A stretch of DNA of 64,000 nt from Longimicrobiales bacterium (lineage in GTDB: Bacteria; Gemmatimonadota; Gemmatimonadetes; Longimicrobiales; Gaopeijiaceae), in the NCBI GenBank assembly GCA_963664435.2, contig CAXXKM010000002.1:672001-736000 (forward strand), given 5' to 3'. The notes beneath the pieces were generated by a model. It was not told the DNA's origin. It ran no database searches and saw only the letters and a program-made list of their open reading frames with translations. Of the stretch, positions 18,053-27,038 are shown piece by piece. Position 1 is the first letter of the stretch. Every line of letters starts with the position of its first letter. The position numbers and the translations under genes were made by a program.

Positions 18053-18126
18053 GGGGCTGTAGCTCAGTTGGTTAGAGTGCCGGTCTGTCACACCGGAGGC
18101 CGCGGGTTCGAGTCCCGTCAGCCCCG
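18053..18126 (+). tRNA. tRNA-Asp (GTC)
   Basis: CCGGT CTGTCAC ACCGG; G73. Confidence 0.96.
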
Positions 18127-18167
18127 CTTGTTTGTTTCTTGACAAATCGGGTCATCGGCGAAGGATC

Positions 18168-18240
18168 GGGGCCGTAGCTCAGTTGGGAGAGCGCCTGAAT
18201 GGCATTCAGGAGGTCAGGGGTTCGATTCCCCTCGGCTCCA
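18168..18240 (+). tRNA. tRNA-Ala (GGC)
   Basis: CCTGA ATGGCAT TCAGG; G3:U70. Confidence 0.96.
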
Positions 18241-18269
18241 TGGCGCAGTCTGTTCGCGAAGGCGAGCGA

Positions 18270-18354
18270 GCTCGGATGGCGGAATTGGTAGACGCGCAGG
18301 ATTCAGGATCCTGTGGGGGTTAACCCCGTGAGGGTTCGAGTCCCTCTCCGAGCA
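18270..18354 (+). tRNA. tRNA-Leu (CAG)
   Basis: CAGGA TTCAGGA TCCTG; long variable arm. Confidence 0.96.
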
Positions 18355-18403
18355 TGACAGGCCGCGGCGGCAAGCGGCGGCAGCGTTTCGATGGAGGACA
18401 TTT

Positions 18404-18487
18404 GCCCACGTGCTGGAATTGGTAGACAGGCTGGTTTGAGGGACCAGTGTCGGAAACGGCGTACAGGTTCGAGTCCTGTCGTGGGCA
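18404..18487 (+). tRNA. tRNA-Leu (GAG)
   Basis: CTGGT TTGAGGG ACCAG; long variable arm. Confidence 0.95.
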
Positions 18488-18539
18488 CTTGCCGGCCATC
18501 AACGGTCGGCCTTCCTTGCCGAAGGCGGTCGGCAAATCA

Positions 18540-18613
18540 GCGCCCGTAGCTCAATTGGACAGAGCGCTTGACTACGGATCAAGAGGTTGGGGGTTCGAGT
18601 CCTCCCGGGCGTA
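18540..18613 (+). tRNA. tRNA-Arg (ACG)
   Basis: CTTGA CTACGGA TCAAG. Confidence 0.96.
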
Positions 18614-18658
18614 TTCCCCTCCGGGGGAGGTGAAGGCCAGGACCTGTTTTCCGGCCGA

Positions 18659-18732
18659 GGGCGCGTAGCTCAGCTGGTTAGAGCGCTACGTTGACATCGT
18701 AGAGGTCAGAGGTTCGAGTCCTCTCGCGCCCA
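18659..18732 (+). tRNA. tRNA-Val (GAC)
   Basis: CTACG TTGACAT CGTAG. Confidence 0.96.
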
Positions 18733-18769
18733 TGCGCCGACGCGGCATCCGTGGAGGCGAGCAGGGGCA

Positions 18770-18842
18770 GGGGCCGTAGCTCAGTTGGGAGAGCGCAGCG
18801 TTCGCAACGCTGAGGTCAGGGGTTCGATTCCCCTCGGCTCCA
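18770..18842 (+). tRNA. tRNA-Ala (CGC)
   Basis: CAGCG TTCGCAA CGCTG; G3:U70; body identical to Ala(GGC) outside the anticodon arm. Confidence 0.96.
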
Positions 18843-18885
18843 TTCCCGGTTGGCCGGCGAGATTCGCGAGGCGGTCGGTATGGTC

Positions 18886-18958
18886 GCCACCATAGCTCAG
18901 CTGGTAGAGCACGTCACTCGTAATGACGGGGTCGTCGGTTCGAATCCGACTGGTGGCT
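18886..18958 (+). tRNA. tRNA-Thr (CGT)
   Basis: CGTCA CTCGTAA TGACG. Confidence 0.96.
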
Positions 18959-18964
18959 TGCCGC

Positions 18965-18992
18965 TTGCCAGCCGGCCTGGCGAGCGTAAAAT
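18965..18992 (+). promoter_or_regulatory. Possible internal sigma70 promoter before tRNA-Gln
   Basis: TTGCCA-N16-TAAAAT, 10 nt before tRNA-Gln. Confidence 0.5.
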
Positions 18993-19002
18993 TGGGATTG
19001 GA

Positions 19003-19075
19003 TGCCCCGTGGTGTAACTGGCAACACGTCTGACTCTGGATCAGAAGAGTCCTGGTTCGATCCCAGGCGGGGCAA
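19003..19075 (+). tRNA. tRNA-Gln (CTG)
   Basis: TCTGA CTCTGGA TCAGA; U1-A72. Confidence 0.95.
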
Positions 19076-19079
19076 TATC

Positions 19080-19165
19080 GGAGGGGTGGCCGAGTGGCTT
19101 AAGGCGGCGCCCTGCTAAGGCGTTGACCCGAGAGGGTCTCGTGGGTTCGAATCCCACCCCCTCCG
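19080..19165 (+). tRNA. tRNA-Ser (GCT)
   Basis: GCGCC CTGCTAA GGCGT; long variable arm; G73. Confidence 0.96.
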
Positions 19166-19188
19166 CTTGCGGGCGAAGCCCGCGATCA

Positions 19189-19350
19189 GAGGGGGCGTGA
19201 TTCGAACCCGGGGTTCGAGCCTCCGGTGCTTCGCATCCTCGGCTCACCTTCGGCCCGGCTGGCGCCGGCCTCGGTTGCGAATCCCGCGGGCAGATATCAC
19301 CGGGCACGGTCGCGGGCCGCTATCCGAGTCCAGGATTGAGGTTGCCGGTC
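19189..19350. repeat. tRNA-Ser(GCT)-linked repeat block (unit 1, spacer, degenerate start of a further unit)
   Basis: 19189-19209 is the reverse complement of tRNA 19143-19163 (19/21); 36-bp core 19222-19257 is identical to 19640-19675. Confidence 0.85.
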
Positions 19351-19501
19351 GGGCATCTCGTCCTGGGTTCTGAGGCCCCGGCTTCACTTCGTTCCTTGGG
19401 CGGGTTGCTTCTGACCTCGCGTCAGATATGCTCCGCTGCGGTCAAGCCGGCCGTGCTTCTCTCACCGGTTTCCCTGCAGGTTGTAGTGGCCACAATTGTT
19501 C

Positions 19502-19585
19502 GGACGGGTGGCCGAGTGGCTTAAGGCGCACGATTGGAAATCGTGTGGGCTCACGCCCACGTGGGTTCGAATCCCACCCCGTCCG
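19502..19585 (+). tRNA. tRNA-Ser (GGA)
   Basis: CACGA TTGGAAA TCGTG; long variable arm; G73. Confidence 0.96.
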
Positions 19586-19604
19586 CTGACGGCGGAGCCG
19601 CCCT

Positions 19605-19835
19605 CGGACGGGGTGGGCTTCGAACCCAGGGTTGAGCCTTCCGGTGCTTCGCATCCTCGGCTCACCTTCGGCCCGCTGGCGCGGGCCTCGGTTGCGAATC
19701 CCACCCCGGGTAGATACAACGGACACGGTAGGCGGCCGGTCTTCGAACCTAGAGTTGAGGTTGCGGGCGCTTTGCGTCCCCGGCCCGCCTTCGGCACCGC
19801 TGCGCGGCCTCTCGGCTGCGAATCCCACCCCGTCC
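19605..19835. repeat. tRNA-Ser(GGA)-linked repeat block (units 2 and 3, 123-bp period)
   Basis: 19605-19628 is the reverse complement of tRNA 19562-19585 (23/24); direct copies of the tRNA 3' end at 19695-19708 and 19819-19835. Confidence 0.88.
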
Positions 19836-19964
19836 TTGGTTCGGACGAGCTGGAGGCTTGGGAGGGCGAATCCTAGGCGCTTTCCGCCGGGGGAATCACC
19901 TTGCCGGGTGGGTGGAGCACCTGCCAATTGTTTGCATCGCCGTCTACGGGCGGTACCCACATTT

Positions 19965-20038
19965 CGGGGCGTGGCTCAGTCCGGTAGAGCGCTGCGTTCG
20001 GGTCGCAGAGGTCCCCGGTTCAAATCCGGGCGCCCCGA
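19965..20038 (+). tRNA. tRNA-Pro (CGG)
   Basis: CTGCG TTCGGGT CGCAG; C1-G72, A73. Confidence 0.96.
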
Positions 20039-20094
20039 TTTTGACAGCAGGTGGAGAGGTTTCCGTCCTCAAGCCGATCGGCCCGGTTTCGTCC

Positions 20095-20177
20095 GGAGGC
20101 GTAGTCTAATTGGTAAGGCACCGCACTCGAAATGCGGCGGGCGAAAGCCCTTGGGGGTTCGAGTCCCCCCGCCTCCG
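20095..20177 (+). tRNA. tRNA-Ser (CGA)
   Basis: CCGCA CTCGAAA TGCGG; long variable arm; G73. Confidence 0.93.
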
Positions 20178-20283
20178 CTTCCATTCCGGTGTCCGTCCCC
20201 GCGCCCTCCCATGACCAGTCGGGGCGACGATCATCACGGTCGCAGCTGGCACATGGGCATCTGATCGCCGGGAGGTCCAGGCC

Positions 20284-21141
20284 ATGCTCGGGCTCGATTT
20301 CATCGCCCATCCCCTGTCAGGCACGCCGTTCGGGACCGCGCTCGAGTTGTGCCTCGTCCTCGCGCTGGTGGCCTGGCTCCTGTCCCTGATCACCCGCGAA
20401 GTCTCCTGGATCGACCGCCTCTGGTCCATCTGCCCGCCGATCTATTGCCTGATCGTCGCGGCTGCGGCGGGCTTCGACTCCCCACGCGTGACGCTCATGA
20501 CGACGCTCGTGGTCGCGTGGGGCATCCGCCTGACGTACAACTTCGCCCGCAAGGGCGGGTACCGGCCGGGCGGGGAGGACTACCGGTGGGCGCACGTCCG
20601 CAAACAGTACGGTCCGGTGGGCTTCCAGCTGCTCAGCGTCACCTTCGTCCATCCCGGCCAGATGCTGCTCATCTGGCTGTTCACCTCCCCGATCCACCGC
20701 GCCTGGCAGTTCCCCGACGCGACGCTCGGCTGGCTGGACTACCTGGCGGCGGCTCTGTTCCTGACCCTGCTGGTCGGCGAAACCGTTGCCGACAGGCAGA
20801 TGTGGGACTTCCAGCAGGACAAGAAGCGACGGATTGCCAACGGCGAAGACGTCCGGCAGCCGTTCATGACCAACGGGCTCTATCGCTACTCCCGGCACCC
20901 CAACTACTTCTGCGAAATCGCCATCTGGTGGGTTTTCTACCTGTTCGCGGTTGCGGCGTCCGGTGAGTGGCTGCACTGGACGGGACTCGGGTTCATCGGC
21001 CTTACGCTGCTGTTCATTCCGTCCCTCCGCATGACTGAAGCGATCTCTGCGGAAAAGTATCCCGGCTACCGTGACTACCAGGCGGCCGTCCCGGCGTTGA
21101 TCCCGCTGCCTCGGAAGGACAGGGCAAAGGCTGCCGGCTGA
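20284..21141 (+). CDS. DUF1295 (steroid 5-alpha-reductase-like) membrane protein
   Basis: WGIRLTYNF, GEDYRW, ETVADRQMW.F, GLYRYSRHPNYF.E, YP.Y..YQ. Confidence 0.9.
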   Translation: MLGLDFIAHPLSGTPFGTALELCLVLALVAWLLSLITREVSWIDRLWSICPPIYCLIVAAAAGFDSPRVTLMTTLVVAWGIRLTYNFARKGGYRPGGEDYRWAHVRKQYGPVGFQLLSVTFVHPGQMLLIWLFTSPIHRAWQFPDATLGWLDYLAAALFLTLLVGETVADRQMWDFQQDKKRRIANGEDVRQPFMTNGLYRYSRHPNYFCEIAIWWVFYLFAVAASGEWLHWTGLGFIGLTLLFIPSLRMTEAISAEKYPGYRDYQAAVPALIPLPRKDRAKAAG

Positions 21142-21258
21142 GCTGAAACCGGCGACGTCCCGGGATCAATCTTCCGCCCGGTGCCCCCTCCGCTCGCCCC
21201 GCCCCTGCTCCCGGCATAACTTGCCTGTTCGGGTCAATTCGTTACCGGGAGGTGCCTC

Positions 21259-22398
21259 ATGTTCGTGACCGACGACTCCAAGCTTGCCATCAGCCTCGCC
21301 ATGGCCCTCGTTCTCGCAGCAGGGGCGTGTGCTCCGGCCGACAGCGGAGGAGATGAATCAGCGGAGGCCGAAATGGCCAACGCTGCCGAAGTGACCGATC
21401 CTGCCATGGCGGGCCTGCCCAATCCCACATCCGAGGTGATCACCGGCTTCGGACCGCTTCCGGATGACAGGGAGTGGGGGTCCACCGCAGGCGTGGACAT
21501 CGGGCCCGACGGGCAGCTGTGGGCCTACGATCGCTGCGGCGGCAACGCACTCACGGACGGCTGCGGCACCTCCGATGTGGATCCCATCCTCAAGTTCGAC
21601 CGTGAAACCGGCGAGGTGCTGACCAGCTTCGGGGCCGGGCTCTTCATCCTCCCCCATGGACTGCACGTGGATCAGGACGGGAACGTCTGGGTCACCGACT
21701 CATCGGGTGACGCGGAGCAGACCAAGGGCCATCAGGTCTTCAAGTTCAGCCCCGAGGGCGAGATCCTCATGACGCTGGGGACGCGCGGTGTCGCCGGGGA
21801 TGGTCCGGATCACTTCAACCAACCCTGCGACGTCATCACCACGCCCGAAGGCTACATCTTCGTCTCCGACGGCCACAGCGGCCAGAACGAGAACGTTCCT
21901 CCCGGCGCGACCGGTCGCATCGTGAAGTTCAGCCCCGAGGGCGAGTACATGATGGAATGGGGCCAGATCGGGACCGGACCCGGGGAATTCCGGACGCCGC
22001 ACGCGTTGGAGATGGACTCCCAGGGTCGCCTCTTCGTGGCGGACCGCGGCAACCACCGCATCCAGATCTTCGACCAGGAAGGCAACCTCCTCGACACGTA
22101 CCACCAGTTCAGCCGCATCAGCGGGCTCTTCATCGACGACAACGACATGCTCTACGCGATCGACTCGGAGTCGAACCCGGGTAACCATCCGGATTGGATG
22201 ACCGGCATCCGCGTCGGTCACGCCAGCGAAGACAGGGTCACCGCGTTCATTCCCCCGCACCCGGTGGACGACCGGCCGCATGGCGCGGCTGGAGAGGGTG
22301 TGGCGGTCGACGCTGACGGCAACGTCTACGCTGCCGAGGGTCCGATTTCCCGCCCGTTCGCGGGTGGAGGGCTGACGAAGTACGTGCGGTCTCCCTGA
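21259..22398 (+). CDS. NHL-repeat lipoprotein (peptidyl-alpha-hydroxyglycine lyase-like beta-propeller)
   Basis: LAAGAC lipobox; PHGLHVDQDGNVWVTD, HFNQPCDV, FRTPHAL...LFVADRGNHRIQIFD. Confidence 0.85.
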   Translation: MFVTDDSKLAISLAMALVLAAGACAPADSGGDESAEAEMANAAEVTDPAMAGLPNPTSEVITGFGPLPDDREWGSTAGVDIGPDGQLWAYDRCGGNALTDGCGTSDVDPILKFDRETGEVLTSFGAGLFILPHGLHVDQDGNVWVTDSSGDAEQTKGHQVFKFSPEGEILMTLGTRGVAGDGPDHFNQPCDVITTPEGYIFVSDGHSGQNENVPPGATGRIVKFSPEGEYMMEWGQIGTGPGEFRTPHALEMDSQGRLFVADRGNHRIQIFDQEGNLLDTYHQFSRISGLFIDDNDMLYAIDSESNPGNHPDWMTGIRVGHASEDRVTAFIPPHPVDDRPHGAAGEGVAVDADGNVYAAEGPISRPFAGGGLTKYVRSP

Positions 22399-22411
22399 GC
22401 GGGAAGCTGCT

Positions 22412-24082
22412 TCAGCGTCCGCCGGAACCAGCCGTCCGCGGCACATTCTCCCCCGGCAACGGCGGCGTGTGGACCGGATCCCGGCGCGCGCGCGTGGCCT
22501 GCTCGAAGGCGTAGCCGAGGGCGAACAGCCTGGGCTCGCTGAAGGCGCGTCCGAGGAAGGAAATCCCCACGGGCAACCCCCTTGGGGTGAACCCGGCCGG
22601 AACGATGAGGTCGGGGACGCCCGCCAGGCTCGCGATGTTGGTGCCGAGCATGCCGCCGAAGTGATTGACGGCGGAGCGCAGGGTCGGCGGGTTGGCCGAG
22701 GGAGGATAGACGATGGCGTCCAGGTCGTGGGCGTCCAGCATCCCGTGCACGATCGCCTGCACCATCGGGAAGCCGTGCTCCCGCATGGCTACGTACTCGA
22801 AGTCGGTGAGTTCGCCGCTGGCCTCCTCCTGCCTGAAGATGTTCCAGCGGACCGGGTTCGGGCGGGAACCGTCCGGCATCAGCGCGACGATCTCGTCCGA
22901 CCGCTCGATCATCTCCTGCAGCGTCTTGGGGTATTCGGGCCCGAGAGTCGCGAGATAGTCTTCGATCTGGGACCGGAACTCCGGATAGCGAACCGTAGTG
23001 TACCAATCGCCCTTCACGGCCAGAAGCCACGGCGGATAACGCACGTCCACGACAGTCGCCCCCTGGGCCCGCATGGTCTCGAGCGCCGCCTCCATGACCC
23101 AGGTGACGGATTCGTCGTCCCCCATCAGGTCGCGCGCGATCCCGATGCGGGCGCCCTCCAGTGCGCCGGCGTCCAGGAACTGCGTGTAGTCGGTCTCGAA
23201 TCGGCCGTCGCTCTTCTGCGTCGTAGGGTCGGCCGGATCGACGCCGGTCATGACCCCGAGCATCGCCGCGACATCGTACACGTGACGACCCATCGGACCG
23301 GCCATGTCGAGGGTGATGGACAACGGAATTACCCCGTCGTGACTCAACAGTCCGTGGGAGGGGCGGAGCGCGACGATGCCGTTGTCCGTCGCAGGTCCGC
23401 GAATGGAGCCGCCCGTGTCGGTTCCGACGCCCAGCTGGGCCATGGCCGCGGCGACGGCGATGCCGGCCCCGGTCGATGATCCGGAAGGCGTTCGCGCCGG
23501 GTCGTGGGGATTCTTGGGGAAGAAGTTGCCCACGGAGCTGAGGATGCCGCCGGACGCGAGCTCGCTCAGGGCGGTCTTGGCGAGCATGATCGCCCCGGCG
23601 TCGCGGAGCTTCTTCACGATGAACGCATCGTCGGGGGGGATGGCGCCGGCCAGCAGGGCCGATCCACCAGTGGTGGGCATGTCTCCCGTGTCGACGTTGT
23701 CCTTGAGCGCCACGGGGATGCCGTGGAGCGGGGACCGGGGCCCGCTCCGCCTGCGTTCCTCATCGAGCTCCCGGGCCCGGGCGAGCGCGTTCTCGTTCAG
23801 CCACAGCATGGCGTGAAGTTCGGGGCCGGCCTGGTCGTAGGCTTCGATTCGCGCCAGGCTCATCTCGATGAGCCGTTCCGAAGTCAGCTCGCCGGCATCG
23901 AACGCCGCGTTCAGGTCCTCGATGGTGGCCCATCCGATCCCGCTCGGCTCTGCGGGTGTCTGGGCCTGGGCCGGCATCACCGAGAAGAGAAGGGCAAGCA
24001 GCGCCGATCCGCGGCGGTGGACGAGCGACTGCGCGATGTGCGGCCGGGGGAGTATCAGGGCGAGCATCTCGTGAACCTCCAT
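22412..24082 (-). CDS. Amidase signature family protein, exported
   Basis: LHGIPVALKDN, SGSSTG, GTDTGGSIRGP (Lys/Ser-cisSer triad); AQA signal-peptide-like region; start uncertain (24082 or 24067). Confidence 0.9.
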   Translation of the reverse strand: MEVHEMLALILPRPHIAQSLVHRRGSALLALLFSVMPAQAQTPAEPSGIGWATIEDLNAAFDAGELTSERLIEMSLARIEAYDQAGPELHAMLWLNENALARARELDEERRRSGPRSPLHGIPVALKDNVDTGDMPTTGGSALLAGAIPPDDAFIVKKLRDAGAIMLAKTALSELASGGILSSVGNFFPKNPHDPARTPSGSSTGAGIAVAAAMAQLGVGTDTGGSIRGPATDNGIVALRPSHGLLSHDGVIPLSITLDMAGPMGRHVYDVAAMLGVMTGVDPADPTTQKSDGRFETDYTQFLDAGALEGARIGIARDLMGDDESVTWVMEAALETMRAQGATVVDVRYPPWLLAVKGDWYTTVRYPEFRSQIEDYLATLGPEYPKTLQEMIERSDEIVALMPDGSRPNPVRWNIFRQEEASGELTDFEYVAMREHGFPMVQAIVHGMLDAHDLDAIVYPPSANPPTLRSAVNHFGGMLGTNIASLAGVPDLIVPAGFTPRGLPVGISFLGRAFSEPRLFALGYAFEQATRARRDPVHTPPLPGENVPRTAGSGGR

Positions 24083-24154
24083 TCATGGGCGTCCAAAGGC
24101 GTATCGCTAGAGGTACGCGGGCCTCCGCACGGCTGCAAGCGCCGACCCTGCGCG

Positions 24155-25567
24155 CTACCCCAGCCCCCAGGGACCCGGATCGGGAACCGGACGCCCCGCG
24201 CCGAGCGCGCGCTCCAGCCCGCCGGCGACCGTGAGCAGCGATGCGTCCCGGCCTTGGGGCGCGAGCAGTTGAAGCCCGAGAGGCATGCCTTCCGCGTCCC
24301 GGCTGGTGGGGAGGGCGATCGCCGCTGCGCCGAGGAAGTTGGCGGGCCGGAGGAAGGCCCCCAGTCCCGCGTGGCGCTCATCCTCCGGATCGAGGACTCC
24401 AGCGCTCTGATCCGAGCCGGGCATCAGCAGTCCGTCGGTGGCACCCATCTCCCGGGCGAAGCGCGTCCTGACCGCCCGTCTTCGGTCGAGCGCGGCCTCG
24501 TAGTCGGGTCTGGAGATGTCGCCGCCGGCCCGGATCCGTTCACGTATGACGCTCCACAGCGGCGTGGTCTCGTCCACGGCCAGCGCACCGTAGTGCCGCC
24601 AGGCCTCGAAGGCGAGGACAGTGGAGTTGTCCCGTCCCAGGCCAGTGAAGTCGAGGATGTGGGGTGGAGACCAGGCCTCCAGCGTCCAGCCCGAACCAGC
24701 GATGCGCTCCAGCGCCAGCCGCCAGTGCTCCGCCGCCTCCGGATTCATCGGGAAAGGCCACGCGTCCTCGGCCAGGACCGCGAGCGTGCGCGTGCCGGCG
24801 GGCATCGAGGGCCGCTGCGCGGTCAGCGTTACGGGATCGCCGAAGTCGGGTCCCGTGAGAACGTCGGTCATCACGCGAGCATCCTCCACCGTCCGCGCAA
24901 TGGGGCCCGGCACATCCAGCGTTGAGCTGAGCGGCAGGCAGCCGGCCCGGCTGATCAGGCCGGAGGAGGGCTTGTATCCCACCAGGTGGTTCAGGAGCGC
25001 CGGCGCGCGCACCGAGCCTCCCGTGTCTCCCCCGATCGCGATCGGCGCCAGACCCGCGGCGACGGCCACCGCGGAACCGCTGGACGACCCGCCGGGCGCT
25101 CGAACGTGCAGCGGATCCCACGGATTGCGGGCGGTCCCGCAGGTCGGGTTCTGTCCGGAGAGACCGAAGGCAAACTCGGTCATGGAGGTCTTTCCGAGGA
25201 CGACCATGCCGGTCGCGATCAGGCGCCGGACCACGGCGCTGGTGTGATCGCTGATGCAATCGGCGCGAGCCAGCGATCCCCCGGAAAGCGGCGTTCCCGC
25301 CCAGGCGAGGCTGTCCTTGACGGCCACCGGGACGCCGTGGAACGGTCCCAGGATGATTCCGGCGGAGGCAAGGGCGTCCGCCGCTTCTGCCAGAGCTTCG
25401 GCCCGCTCCGACGCCACGTGCGTGAAGGCCTTCAGCTCCGAGGCGCGTTCGATCCGGTCGAGAAAGAGGCGCGTGATGGTGCGGGAATCGGTCTCGCCGG
25501 CCCGGATGGCTCGGGCGAGTTCCCGGGCGCTGCGGAGGTGCAGCGGCGTCTCCGGCTCTGTCACCAT
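24155..25567 (-). CDS. Amidase signature family protein (cytoplasmic)
   Basis: FHGVPVAVKD, PGGSSSGSA, GGDTGGSVRAPA. Confidence 0.9.
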   Translation of the reverse strand: MVTEPETPLHLRSARELARAIRAGETDSRTITRLFLDRIERASELKAFTHVASERAEALAEAADALASAGIILGPFHGVPVAVKDSLAWAGTPLSGGSLARADCISDHTSAVVRRLIATGMVVLGKTSMTEFAFGLSGQNPTCGTARNPWDPLHVRAPGGSSSGSAVAVAAGLAPIAIGGDTGGSVRAPALLNHLVGYKPSSGLISRAGCLPLSSTLDVPGPIARTVEDARVMTDVLTGPDFGDPVTLTAQRPSMPAGTRTLAVLAEDAWPFPMNPEAAEHWRLALERIAGSGWTLEAWSPPHILDFTGLGRDNSTVLAFEAWRHYGALAVDETTPLWSVIRERIRAGGDISRPDYEAALDRRRAVRTRFAREMGATDGLLMPGSDQSAGVLDPEDERHAGLGAFLRPANFLGAAAIALPTSRDAEGMPLGLQLLAPQGRDASLLTVAGGLERALGAGRPVPDPGPWGLG

Positions 25568-25580
25568 ACGCGAGGAATCG

Positions 25581-26858
25581 TCAGTCCAGCGGCTGGCCGA
25601 CCTTCTCGGGCATCTGGACGAAGGTCACGAGCGAGACGACCGCGCCTGCCAGCACCACGAGAAAGAACGACTGCTCCCTGCCGATGCTCTGCAGCCAGGT
25701 GAGGAGGTAGGGCGTGAGCCCCCCCAGCAGAGCGACCGTCAGGTTATAGGGGATGCCGATGCCGACGGCCCGCACGTTGGCGGGGAACTGCTCCGACATG
25801 ATCGCCGGCGCGATGGAGGAATACATCGCGTAGAGCCCCAGGCCGAACAGTTCCAGCATGAGAATCGAACCGAAGGTCGGCTGGATCGCGGACATCAGGG
25901 GATAGAAGAGGACGAGGTAGCCGAGGGCGAAGAAGATGAGCTGGGGTTTGCGTCCGATCCGGTCGGAGAGTGCGCCGAAGACCGGCTGCAGGAGCATGAA
26001 CACGATGAGGCCGACGGTGTTGGCCGCGAAGGCCACCGAGGCTTCAGCGCCGACGGCGCGGATCGCGTATGTGGGCAAATAGGGGACGAAGATGTAGAAG
26101 GCGAAGGTCGTCAGCGTGGCGAACCCCACGATGCGCAGCAGCGCGACCGGATGCTCGCGCAGAAGAACCTGCAGCGGGCGCTTCACGACGTCCTTGCCGG
26201 ACGCGGCCGGCGATGCCTCGGGTTCGGGGACCGCCGCTCGAATCCAGAGGCCGATCAGCCCGCCGACCCCGCCGAGTATGAAGGGAACGCGCCATCCCCA
26301 GGTTCGCATCGCTTCTTCGGTCAAGGCCGTCGTGAGCCCCCAGCCGAGCGCCGAAGCCACGAGGATGCCGGCGGCCAGGCTGAAGAACACGAAGCTCGAG
26401 AAAAAGCCGCGACGGCTGGCGGGCGCGATTTCGGCGAGCAGGGTGGTGGCCGAGGCGTAGAGTCCGCCCAGCGACAGTCCCTGTACCAGACGCGCCGCGG
26501 TCAGGATGACGGGCGCGAGGATTCCCACCGAGGCGAACGTCGGGGACAGGCCGATCACCAGTGAACCGCCCGCCATCATGAGGATGCTCAGAACGAGCGC
26601 CGCCTTGCGGCCCCTGCGGTCCGCGAAGACGCCGATGATCCAGCCGCCGAGCGGGCGCATGATGAAGCCCACGGCGAAGATGCCGTAAGCGGCCAGCAGC
26701 GCGGTCGTCTCGTTCCCCGGCGGGAAGAACTGGCTGCTGAAGAAGATCGCGAACGTGGCGTACACGGTCCAATCGAACCACTCGAGCGCGTTCCCTACGC
26801 TCGCGGCTACGATGGCGCGGCGGCGCGAGGGAATTGAGGCGGGAGAGGAAGCGACCAT
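25581..26858 (-). CDS. MFS transporter, metabolite:H+ symporter family
   Basis: GNALEWFDW, FIMRPLGG, DRRGRK, RLVQGLSLGG, SDRIGRK; about 12 TM segments. Confidence 0.92.
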   Translation of the reverse strand: MVASSPASIPSRRRAIVAASVGNALEWFDWTVYATFAIFFSSQFFPPGNETTALLAAYGIFAVGFIMRPLGGWIIGVFADRRGRKAALVLSILMMAGGSLVIGLSPTFASVGILAPVILTAARLVQGLSLGGLYASATTLLAEIAPASRRGFFSSFVFFSLAAGILVASALGWGLTTALTEEAMRTWGWRVPFILGGVGGLIGLWIRAAVPEPEASPAASGKDVVKRPLQVLLREHPVALLRIVGFATLTTFAFYIFVPYLPTYAIRAVGAEASVAFAANTVGLIVFMLLQPVFGALSDRIGRKPQLIFFALGYLVLFYPLMSAIQPTFGSILMLELFGLGLYAMYSSIAPAIMSEQFPANVRAVGIGIPYNLTVALLGGLTPYLLTWLQSIGREQSFFLVVLAGAVVSLVTFVQMPEKVGQPLD

Positions 26859-26878
26859 GGGCGCGCCTGTCAAGGGAC

Positions 26879-26968
26879 CTGGTATGTCACAACAAACTGG
26901 TACGTCACAACAAACTGGTACGTCACAACAAACTGGTACGTCACAACAAACTGGTATGTCACAACAAA
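26879..26968. repeat. Tandem array 5 x 18 bp CTGGTA(T/C)GTCACAACAAA
   Basis: Units 1 and 5 carry T, units 2-4 carry C; ends 20 bp upstream of the MFS ATG. Confidence 0.97.
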
Positions 26969-27038
26969 GACGGCCCGTTCGCGGATGGTGGCACGAACGG
27001 GCCGCTTGTTCCTTCCCACGCGCAAGCGCGCGCGAGAA

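Noticed and set aside
18139..18144. TTGACA between tRNA-Asp and tRNA-Ala (also at 20041)
   Set aside because: No plausible -10 element at the right spacing.
19189..19835. Post-Ser repeats as a CRISPR array, extra tRNA genes or prophage att sites
   Set aside because: Spacers are homologous rather than unique, there is no complete cloverleaf, inverted copies are present and no integrase is seen.
26879..26968. 18-bp array as a CRISPR array or plasmid iterons
   Set aside because: No spacers, and no cas or rep gene in the window.
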